Assembly: GCA_040388765.1 (NCBI GenBank)
Contig: JAZKBG010000005.1
Coordinates: 17,045-81,044, forward strand
Direction: 5' to 3'
Source of the DNA: Pseudomonadota bacterium
GTDB lineage: Bacteria; Pseudomonadota; Alphaproteobacteria; Sphingomonadales; Sphingomonadaceae
DNA length: 64,000 bases
A model generated the notes under the pieces. It ran no database searches. It saw nothing but the letters and a program-made list of their open reading frames with translations, and was not told where the DNA came from. The stretch's first letter is position 1. Every line of letters begins with the position of its first letter. Position numbers and translations under genes: made by a program. This document shows positions 53,335 through 61,794 of this stretch, piece after piece.

Positions 53335-56300
53335 TCATTCGGCCGCCTGGAGCTCCTCGATCGGTACGAGGAACGCGGCAAGCCGGCTGTCGCGCTCGGA
53401 GAGGGCGCCGGGCACCGACCGGTCCTTGATATGGCCATAGCCGCGGATCTTGTCCGGATAACGGGCCAGCGCCACCGCCGCGTCGTACTTCACGGGGTCG
53501 AGATGGGTCGCGATGCTGTCGAGCACCGCCTCATAATCGCGAACCAACTGGCGTTCCATCCTCCGTTCGGCGGTACGGCCGAACGGGTCGAACGCGGTTC
53601 CACGCAGCCGCTTCGCCCGCGCCAACAGGCCGAAGGCGGCCAGCATCCACGGCCCGAACTCTCGCTTTCGCGGCAACCCCGTCAACGGATCCTTGCGCGC
53701 GAACAATGGCGGCGCGAGATGGACGGACACGCGGTAATCGCCGGTGAACTGCTCGCCCAGCTTCGCGCGGAATTCAACGGTCGTATATAGCCGGGCGACC
53801 TCATATTCGTCCTTGTACGCCATCAGCTTGAACAGGTTTCGCGCCACCGCGTCGCTGAGCTCGGTGCGGCCTGGCGCCACCCTGGCCTCTGCTGCGGCGA
53901 TCGCCGCGATCTTCCGACCAAATCGCGCGGCATAGGCCGCATTCTGATAGTCGGCGAGAAGCGCAGCTCGCCGCTCGATCGCGTCACCGGTATCCGTCGA
54001 CAGCCGGAGCGATCCCTCTGCAACCGCGGCAACCTGGTCGACGAGCTGCGCCTCGATGGCGCCGGGCTCGACCACGGCCAGCCGGCCCAGCGCGAAGGCG
54101 CGCAGGTTGAAGTCGACCGCGACGCCGTTCAGCGTGATCGCGCGTTCCACCGCCGCCAGCGATACCGGCAGCAGGCCACGCTGCAGCGCGACCCCGACAA
54201 CGAACATGTTCGCGCCGATGGCGTCGCCCATCAGGCGGTCCGCGACCCGCGTGGCGTCGACGAACGCGGAATCCGCGGCCAGCACTTCGCGCAACCGTCG
54301 CAGCGTCTGCGCGCCGGCAAAGTCTATGCCGGTGTCGATCGTGAAGGCTGCGGTGGGCGTAAGATTTTCGTTGATGACGCCGCGCGTGTGCCCAGGCTGA
54401 ACCAATGCCATCGCCTCGGCCCCGCCCGCGGTGATCATGTCGCACCCGAGCAGCAGCTCCGCACCGGCGACCGGAATGCGCGCCGCCGCGATCGCGTCAT
54501 CGCTCGGCGCGATCCGCAGATGGCTGAACACCGCCCCGTTCTTCTGCGACAGCCCGGTCACGTCGATGATGCTGGCGGACTTGCCGTCGAGATGCGCCGC
54601 CATCCCCAGCACCGCGCCGATGGTGACGACGCCGGTGCCGCCGATCCCGGCGATCAGGATCGCGAGCGCGCCTTCGACGGGCGGCGGCGGGGCGGATAGC
54701 GGAGGGATCGCCGCAGCCCGGGCGACGGCGGCCCGCCCCTTAAGGTTGCCGCCGCTGACCGTCACGAAGGACGGGCAGAACCCGTTGATGCAGCTGAAAT
54801 CCTTGTTGCAGTTCGACTGGTCGATCTGACGCTTGCGGCCGAATTCGGTTTCGAGGGGCTGTACGCTGACACAGTTCGACTTGACCGAACAGTCGCCGCA
54901 TCCCTCGCACACTAGGTCATTGATGAAGATCCGCTTTGCCGGGTCGGGGAAGGTCCCCTTCTTTCTGCGACGGCGCTTCTCCGCCGCGCACACCTGATCA
55001 TAGATCAGCACGGTCACGCCATCGATCGTGGCGAGGTCGCGCTGCACGGCGTCCAGCTCCTCGCGCGGGCGGATCGCGACGCCGTCTGGGAAACGCACTG
55101 TCGACGGATATTTGTCGGGATCGTCGGCGACGACCACGACCTTGCGCACCCCCTCCTGCAAAAGCTCGGACGCGATCTGCCACGGCGTCATTTGCCCCTC
55201 GACGGGCTGGCCGCCCGTCATCGCCACCGCATCGTTGAACAACAGCTTGTAGGTGATGCCGATACCCGCCGACACTGCGGCTCGGACAGCCAGCGAACCG
55301 GAGTGATGGTAGGTCCCGTCGCCCAGATTCTGGAAAATATGCCGGGTGTCCGTGAACGGGGCGACGCCGATCCAATTGGCCCCCTCGCCCCCCATCTGCA
55401 CCGGCCAGACGTGCTTGCGATGCGGCATCATCGCCGCCATCACGTGGCAGCCGATCCCGGACAGCGCGACCGATCCGTCGGGCACGACGGTCGACGTGTT
55501 GTGCGGACACCCGGAACAGAAGAACGGCATGCGGTTGAACGGCGTCAACGCCGCGCTTCCTGCCGCGAGCCTAGCCTCAATCTCCGCGCGGCGCGCCCGC
55601 AGCGGCTCGTCGACAAGGCCGAGCGCCTCGAGCTGGCCGAACAGGACGGCGCCGATCTCGGTGGGGCCGAGTTCCCCGTTCTGAGGAAGCAACGGGCGGC
55701 CGGTCGCGTCGGCCTTTCCCGTCAGCAGCGGGCGCTCGCCGGCATCGAGGTGATACAGCAGCGAGGCGACTTGCGGTTCGATAAACGCGCGCTTCTCCTC
55801 AACCACCAGCACTTGGCGATGCCCGCGCGCGAAGGCCCTGGTCACGTCCGGCTCGACGGGCCAGGTCATCGCCAGCTTCAGCACGCGGATGCCGAGCGCG
55901 CGGCAGCGCACGTCATTCAGGCCGAGCTGATTCAGCGCCTCGATCACATCGAGGGCGGCCTTCCCGGCGGTGACGATGCCGAGCGTCCGGCGATCGCCGT
56001 CGCGCAGCACCCGGTCGAGCTGGTTCGCGCGAATGAACGCCTGTGCCGCCGGCAGTCGGAAATCGGTTGTCCGGCGTTCCATCGACAATTGGGATTCGCC
56101 CTGGAAGATGTTGAGGCCCTCGGGGGGCACCTCCACTTCGGGGCAGAGCCATCGGCGCAGTGGATCGCCCAGCGACGCGGTCGCGGTCGCGTCGGCGGTG
56201 TCGTTGATGCACTTGAAGCCGGCCCACAGCCCCGAAAAGCGCGACAGCGCGATACCGAAAGCCCCAAATTCCAGGAATTCGGCAACCGATGCGGGATAAA

Positions 56301-56808
56301 GCACCGGGATTAGCGAGGCGACGAGCGCCTGTTCGGACTGGTGCGCGGTCGTCGACGACTTGGCCGAATGGTCGTCCCCGGCCAGGACCAGCACCCCGCC
56401 AAGCGCGGCAGTCCCCGCGAGATTGCCGTGCTTGAGCGCATCGCCGGCCCTGTCAACCCCGGGCCCCTTGCCGTACCAGGCGGCGAACACGCCGTCATGG
56501 CGCGCGCCGGGAAAGAAGCCGAGTTGCTGGGAACCATAGACGGCGGTCGCGGCCAGTTCCTCGTTCACGCCGGGCTGGAAGACGATCCCCCCGTCCTTCA
56601 GCGCCCCCCGCGCCGCCCAGAGGGCAGTGTCTAGCGAGCCCAGCGGCGAGCCGCGATAGCCCGAGACAAAGCCGCCGGTGTTGAGTCCCTGCGCCGCATC
56701 CGATCGCCGCTGGGACAGGAGTACACGGGTCAGCGCCTGCGTGCCGGACAGGAACACGCGCCCCTGATCGAGCATGTATTTGTCGCTCAGCGCCACTTCG
56801 TATGACAT
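53335..56808 (-). CDS. Indolepyruvate/2-oxoacid:ferredoxin oxidoreductase, fused IorA-IorB type
   Basis: About 1157 aa from ATG 56808 (MSYEVALSDKYMLDQGRVFLSGTQAL). ThDP motif GDGTYHHSG, ferredoxin-like cluster CEGCGDCSVKSNC. The tracked ORF starts 41 codons earlier. Confidence 0.85.
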   Translation of the reverse strand: MSYEVALSDKYMLDQGRVFLSGTQALTRVLLSQRRSDAAQGLNTGGFVSGYRGSPLGSLDTALWAARGALKDGGIVFQPGVNEELAATAVYGSQQLGFFPGARHDGVFAAWYGKGPGVDRAGDALKHGNLAGTAALGGVLVLAGDDHSAKSSTTAHQSEQALVASLIPVLYPASVAEFLEFGAFGIALSRFSGLWAGFKCINDTADATATASLGDPLRRWLCPEVEVPPEGLNIFQGESQLSMERRTTDFRLPAAQAFIRANQLDRVLRDGDRRTLGIVTAGKAALDVIEALNQLGLNDVRCRALGIRVLKLAMTWPVEPDVTRAFARGHRQVLVVEEKRAFIEPQVASLLYHLDAGERPLLTGKADATGRPLLPQNGELGPTEIGAVLFGQLEALGLVDEPLRARRAEIEARLAAGSAALTPFNRMPFFCSGCPHNTSTVVPDGSVALSGIGCHVMAAMMPHRKHVWPVQMGGEGANWIGVAPFTDTRHIFQNLGDGTYHHSGSLAVRAAVSAGIGITYKLLFNDAVAMTGGQPVEGQMTPWQIASELLQEGVRKVVVVADDPDKYPSTVRFPDGVAIRPREELDAVQRDLATIDGVTVLIYDQVCAAEKRRRRKKGTFPDPAKRIFINDLVCEGCGDCSVKSNCVSVQPLETEFGRKRQIDQSNCNKDFSCINGFCPSFVTVSGGNLKGRAAVARAAAIPPLSAPPPPVEGALAILIAGIGGTGVVTIGAVLGMAAHLDGKSASIIDVTGLSQKNGAVFSHLRIAPSDDAIAAARIPVAGAELLLGCDMITAGGAEAMALVQPGHTRGVINENLTPTAAFTIDTGIDFAGAQTLRRLREVLAADSAFVDATRVADRLMGDAIGANMFVVGVALQRGLLPVSLAAVERAITLNGVAVDFNLRAFALGRLAVVEPGAIEAQLVDQVAAVAEGSLRLSTDTGDAIERRAALLADYQNAAYAARFGRKIAAIAAAEARVAPGRTELSDAVARNLFKLMAYKDEYEVARLYTTVEFRAKLGEQFTGDYRVSVHLAPPLFARKDPLTGLPRKREFGPWMLAAFGLLARAKRLRGTAFDPFGRTAERRMERQLVRDYEAVLDSIATHLDPVKYDAAVALARYPDKIRGYGHIKDRSVPGALSERDSRLAAFLVPIEELQAAE

Positions 56809-57082
56809 GCTATCCCTCTCATACCGGATTCTCGCGTACCATGCGGTCAAGTATGGAACAAGGGTTCGCCGGCTGCCGATTCTGCACGGCGGAAATTGTC
56901 GCCCTCCCACGAAAACCGAATGCAGACTCAACCCAGCCGCTTGATGAGGACATCGGTGACGTTGGCCTGCGTCATTCAGCGCGCCCCGTCCAAAGGAGTC
57001 AGGGCGGAGCGGCTGCGGGTGGACAGACTGCGGAACGTGGACGACCCGCGGGGACGATCCATCGGCGATACTGTGTCATAGG

Positions 57083-57395
57083 TGTTTGATCCCACGGTTT
57101 GATGGTGCGATCCTTTCGTTGGAATGGAAGAAAGCCGTATGGGACAGGTACGTCACGGGAGCGCCACGACCAGGCACGCCGTCCGAGCAGCAATATAGCG
57201 ATCGCAAGCTTCGCTCGCGACGCTGAGCCGGGAGCTGGGGATCAACCCCAAGACCGTGGCGAAGTGGCGGAAGCGGGCGACGGTCGAGGATCTGAAGACC
57301 GGGCCGAAGGCCCCTCACTCTACGACTCTGTCCGAAGCGGATGAAGCGGCGGTCGTCGCATTCCGGCGGCACACTCTGCTACCGCTCGACGACTG
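57083..57395 (+). mobile_element. 313-bp fragment (left end only) of a diverged IS481-family element
   Basis: Starts with the same terminus TGTTTGATCCCACGGTTTGATGGTGCGATCC as comp(29023). Roughly 85-90% identical by eye to comp(28711..29023). The transposase reading frame has a TAG where the intact copy has CAG. Homology stops at ...CTCGACGACTG. Confidence 0.8.
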
Positions 57396-58190
57396 ACCTG
57401 GGCGAGCGCTGCCACATTGCGACGTTGCTGTGCAAAGCGCGCGAGCGAGTTCTCGGCGTCCTGAAACGCACCTAGAACTACCTGTCGATATTGTGCCTTA
57501 GCTTCGTCTCGTCCAGCGCGCGCTTGCGTTATCTGGGCCGAAGTTCGTCCAAAATCGAGCAACCCCCATTGTAGATGGGACACGGCAATGTTGGAGATGT
57601 TTCCCAGATCGACCAGGTCTCAGACAGACGTTCCACCGATGCCTAGGATCCCCATAAAGCTGATCTTGGGAAAGCGCGCCGCTTCAGCGACGCCAATCCG
57701 GGCGGTCGTGGCCGCCAGATTGCGCTCGACGGCGCGTATGTCGGGTCGACGGCGAAGGAAAGAGGCGGGATATCCGATGGCGACGACCTGTGGCGGCAAA
57801 GGGACGGCACGCGGGACAACCAGCAAGGTATCGAGCGTCCCTGGCGCCTCACCTGCAAGCACGGCGAGCGCATTGAGATAGATTCCGATCTCCGCCTCAG
57901 CCGCAGCGAGATCGGCGTTGGTAGCCTGAATAGCGCGGTTCGCCTGACCAATCGCAAAGGCTGGCATCGTGCCCTGCTGAAAGCGTCGCCGCGCGAGGCC
58001 TAGCTGCTGCATCTGCAGGTCGAGCCCGCGACGAAGTGCAGGGGCGCGCTGCTACCGGTCCCGCAGGTTCGTGTAACTTTGCGCGACATCCGCTGCGAGT
58101 TGAACTTGTGCAGCCGCTGGCGTTCGTCGCCGCCTTGCGCGCGTCGCTGGCGGGCTGGAGCATCGAGCGCAGCTAGACCGGTTTGATGCC
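57396..58190 (-). pseudogene. OMF-family outer-membrane efflux protein remnant (two in-frame stops, truncated at both ends)
   Basis: Three tracked ORFs (58052-58261, 57620-58012, 57320-57583) lie in one frame, separated by TAG (58052-58054) and TGA (57620-57622). Content includes VQLAADVAQSYTNLRDR, FPKISFMGILG and WGLLDFGRTSAQITQARA, typical of OMF. The 3' end is cut by the IS481 fragment. The upstream boundary is approximate. Confidence 0.7.
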
Positions 58191-58280
58191 AGGCTATACG
58201 CCTGCGTCCGAGCAGGGTTGTAGGGGAGCGTTTGGCAGGCGTTCGCCAATCTTGGGAGCAAACCGACCAGTACTCCGGTA

Positions 58281-58856
58281 TTACGTCTGCGGCTTCACAA
58301 GAGCGCGTATCGTCAATCGTTCGATCAAGCTGCTGACGTCATCGGCTGAACTGGTCAATCCCTCTGTCAACCACCAGCTTAAAATGGTGATTATTCCGCC
58401 CACTACGACGCGAACAGCGAGTCCGCGAGGCACGGATGAATCAAACGGAAGATCGAGCCCCTCTGCGTATCGAATGGCGCGAGCCGTCACTTCCTGTCGC
58501 ACTGCATCGCCACCGCCAACCAGCAGAGCTGCCGACGCGTGCCGGTGTAGATCGACGAACTCCACGACCGATCGCACGGCGTTTCCCACATCTCCACGTA
58601 CGAGAGCCGGGGCCACCTGCTTAACCAACCGTCCCATCAACTCGTCCGCCACGTCGAGCAACAGCGTGTCGACGCCGGGATAATGGCGAAAGAAGGTCGC
58701 GTAGCCGACTCCGGCCTGGGCGACGATACGTTGCGCAGTGATCGAATGCGCGTCGCCGTCTTGCAACAGCGCCAGCATCGCGTCGCGCAGCAGCGAACGG
58801 GTTCGCGTGACACGAGCGTCCACGCCCTTTTCGCTATTACCCCTTTTATGAGCCAC
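58281..58856 (-). CDS. TetR-family transcriptional regulator
   Basis: 191 aa. HTH ITAQRIVAQAGVGYATFFRHY. Divergent from the P450 gene with a 43-bp intergenic region. Confidence 0.85.
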   Translation of the reverse strand: MAHKRGNSEKGVDARVTRTRSLLRDAMLALLQDGDAHSITAQRIVAQAGVGYATFFRHYPGVDTLLLDVADELMGRLVKQVAPALVRGDVGNAVRSVVEFVDLHRHASAALLVGGGDAVRQEVTARAIRYAEGLDLPFDSSVPRGLAVRVVVGGIITILSWWLTEGLTSSADDVSSLIERLTIRALVKPQT

Positions 58857-58899
58857 AGTAGATCATATATAGCGGACCTTGGAGTAAAGGAGCAAAGCG

Positions 58900-60084
58900 A
58901 TGAGTTCGTATTCCACGCAATCGCGCGAACCGTCCAGCGGGGTCGATGATCCACGTGATGATCGAAAAAGCATTCCATCGCAGCCCATGGGTCGCGGTTG
59001 CCCAGTCCAGTCTTTTTCGGAAGCACGCGCGCTGCTCCGGGACGATGAGCTGCATCAGGCCAGTTTCCGCGCTGATCTGATGGCAAGGTTCAGCGACGAG
59101 CGCTTTGCGCCGATCATTTTCCAGCACGGTGAGCGCCATCGCCGTCAGCGTGCTGCGACCGCTCGGTTCTTCACCCCCAAAACCGTCGACACCAGCTACC
59201 GTGCGATCATCCAACGTGAATCCGATGCGTTAATCGGCGACATGCAGCGTCGCGGCCACGCAAAGCTGGACGACATGAGCATGCGGCTGGCGGTGTCCGT
59301 TGCGGCCGAGGTTGTCGGTGTTACCGATAGTAATCGCACCGGGATGGCGCGTCGGCTCGAACGCTTTTTTCAGACTGGCAATGTCGCGCTCGGCAAGTCG
59401 ATCCTCGATCTGCCACGCTTCGCGCGGGCTCAGATCCACATGCTTAATTTTTACGTTCGAGACGTGTTCCCAGCGGTTCTCGCGCGTCGCCGTGCCCCGC
59501 GCGAAGACGTGATCTCGCATTTGATCGCCGAAGGCTATTCGGACCGCGCGATACTTACCGAGTGCGTGACCTACGCTGCCGCCGGCATGGTGACGACACG
59601 CGAATTCATCACGATGGCGGGATGGCATTTGCTCGAGCGCGAGGAGCTTCGGAAACGCTTCCTTGCCACAGATGAGACCGGGCGGATCGCCATCTTGGAA
59701 GAGATCCTTAGGCTCGAACCCGTCGTCGGGGAGCTTTCGCGACGGAATCCAAATACGGGCCAGATTTTCAAAATCGATATTCGACAGGCGAACGCTGATG
59801 TTGCGGCGGTGGGCGCGTGTCCGCATGCAGTCGATCCTGATCGCGCCTTGGCAGCGCGGGTTGGTAGCGCGGGGCTTGCGTTCGGTGATGGTTCGCATCG
59901 ATGCCCTGGTGCGAGCATCGCAATTCTCGAAACCGCAATCTTTCTCGATCGCCTGCTGCGCATTGCGGACTTAACGCTGGAAGCACCGCCGAAGATCAAC
60001 TGGAACGCGTTGATCACAGGGTATGAACTTCGCGATTGTCGCCTTCGCATTGCACCCACAATCAGCTTGAGTTCCGGAACCTGA
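58900..60084 (+). CDS. Cytochrome P450
   Basis: 394 aa. Heme-thiolate loop FGDGSHRCPGASIA, I-helix AAAGMVTTRE, EILRLEP (ExxR). AAGGAG RBS. Confidence 0.88.
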   Translation: MSSYSTQSREPSSGVDDPRDDRKSIPSQPMGRGCPVQSFSEARALLRDDELHQASFRADLMARFSDERFAPIIFQHGERHRRQRAATARFFTPKTVDTSYRAIIQRESDALIGDMQRRGHAKLDDMSMRLAVSVAAEVVGVTDSNRTGMARRLERFFQTGNVALGKSILDLPRFARAQIHMLNFYVRDVFPAVLARRRAPREDVISHLIAEGYSDRAILTECVTYAAAGMVTTREFITMAGWHLLEREELRKRFLATDETGRIAILEEILRLEPVVGELSRRNPNTGQIFKIDIRQANADVAAVGACPHAVDPDRALAARVGSAGLAFGDGSHRCPGASIAILETAIFLDRLLRIADLTLEAPPKINWNALITGYELRDCRLRIAPTISLSSGT

Positions 60085-60202
60085 CCCGGCGCTGCCGCAT
60101 TGCTTCCCGCAGCCATCATATGGCTCGGTAGCACCCCCCTTGCCTGACGGAACCGGCAAGAATGACGAGACGTTCAAAAGAACATATTAACAGGAGAAAA
60201 CG

Positions 60203-60781
60203 ATGCTTCGAGCTCTTATACTTTCCAGCGCTGCCGCAATCATGATGGCTACGCCTGTCGTCGCTCAGGACATGATGGCTTCTACCGGATCCCTGTCGCC
60301 GACAGAGGTGGGGGTGTCGCCCCTCTCTGCAACATCAGCGACCGACTATGTCAAATTGGCGGCTGACTCGGACATTTACGAAATTCAGTCCAGCCGTCTG
60401 GCTCTGACGAAAAGCAAGCGCGACGACATCAAGTCTTTTGCCCAGCAGATGATCACCGATCATACCGGCACGACGAAGGCACTGATGGCAGCGCTGAAGA
60501 ATGACGACCGCACGATCGCGCGGCCCTCGACAAAGCTGTCCGCGCCCAACGCTGCCAAAATCGCGTTGCTGAAAAAAGCGCCCAAGGCGACGTTCGATGA
60601 TCTTTATCTGCAGCAGCAGGCACAGGCGCATCAGGCGGCTTGGGCTCTGCATAAGGGCTTTGCCACTGACGGGACTGATGCTGCCCTGAAGCAGGTGGCT
60701 TCAACCGCAGTTCCTGTGATCGAACGGCATTTGCAGCATGCCAAGCAGATGCTGCCGGCTGGGCTATCGCCCGTATACTGA
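60203..60781 (+). CDS. DUF4142-domain (ferritin-like) exported protein
   Basis: 192 aa. Signal ...PVVAQD, then repeated four-helix pattern YEIQSSRLALTKSK...FAQQMITDHT...FDDLYLQQQAQAHQ. Confidence 0.7.
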   Translation: MLRALILSSAAAIMMATPVVAQDMMASTGSLSPTEVGVSPLSATSATDYVKLAADSDIYEIQSSRLALTKSKRDDIKSFAQQMITDHTGTTKALMAALKNDDRTIARPSTKLSAPNAAKIALLKKAPKATFDDLYLQQQAQAHQAAWALHKGFATDGTDAALKQVASTAVPVIERHLQHAKQMLPAGLSPVY

Positions 60782-60803
60782 CGACTGGGACGCCAGCCGC
60801 GGC

Positions 60804-61222
60804 TTAATCTCTGGATCTTGGCCGCGGCACGGCAATCTCCTGCTGCACCAACCATTCGACGATCTCGCCTTTCGGACCTAGTATCGGAACAGCGCGGGAC
60901 AGCGTCCAGCCGACTGTCCCGTCCTCGCGAACAACGCGATATTCAAGATCGAAGGTCGTCTGAACCGGATCGCCTCGTCGATCGCAGCGATCACAGCTGG
61001 CTGATCGCTCTCAGGAATATAAGCGAGCAACCACGAACGGTTCGGCTGCTAAGACGGGGTGCCGGGTAGAAAGCCACCTCCATCCAGTTCCTTCATCTTG
61101 CCCCAGTCCGGACTCATCCGGTACAGGGCATTCGCACTTGCCTCGGCGAGTAGGCGGAGCCTGGCCTCACTCTCCAGAAGGCGCTGTTCGATACCGAGGG
61201 CATCTTCGCTCTGATCTGTCAT
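60804..61222 (-). pseudogene. Stand-alone PAS-domain protein, disrupted by at least two frame changes
   Basis: Hand translation: MTDQSEDALGIEQRLLESEARLRLLAEASANALYRMSPDWGKMKELDGGGFLPGTPS-stop; next frame PNRSWLLAYIPESDQPAVIAAIDEAIR; next frame FDLEYRVVREDGTVGWTLSRAVPILGPKGEIVEW. The spliced sequence matches the common alphaproteobacterial PAS pattern. Confidence 0.5.
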
Positions 61223-61794
61223 AAGTCTCTTAACGTCAGGATCTGATTCAGTTCTCTACCAACTGCCAAGTGTGGCAAAGCTCAACTGACTGCCGGTACC
61301 GGTGCCTTGTGTCGAGAAATCTGCGTACGACAATTAGCCAAGGCCTTCGGCTTCCCGAAAGCGCAGGTCAAACAGGACAAGGCCGTTAACACGCGCTGCG
61401 CGTTTCTTCCGGGTTACGCTTTCCCGAAATCTGTCCCGATTGGATTCTCCCGAAATTGCCGGTCGGACATGGGAAAACGGGAATTGGGCGGGCGGTTTAA
61501 ACGGCGGGTTTTCGGAACGCATACCGATCGAAAGAACGGCCGAAATGGGGCGCTAGCGGCCATGATGCGCCCAGTGTCACATCGCGCGACGTCAGCCTGA
61601 ATGGCTGCATCTGGGGCGCATAGGGGACGTCACAGTGGCCTCGCCAAAAAAATTTCCCAATGATCTGAGTGCCCATCGCTTTCATGTCGGGTGCACCAGC
61701 CTTTCCGCCGAGATCCGCGAACGCGCGATGGGCGCTGTGCACACGATCGATCGGCGCACTGGAACAAAGCGACACCCCGCGCCATATCCGGTGC

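Noticed and set aside
60791-60832. Pair of GCCGCGGC octamers after the DUF4142 gene, as a rho-independent terminator
   Set aside because: Each octamer is self-complementary, the potential stem has a 17-nt loop and no T-tract, and the site lies inside the 3' end of the PAS pseudogene. The support is too weak.
61515-61537. Possible LexA/SOS box upstream of uvrB
   Set aside because: The alphaproteobacterial box is GTTC-N7-GTTC (GAAC-N7-GAAC). Here the two GAAC tetramers are 15 nt apart, and I found no N7-spaced pair between 61230 and 61795.
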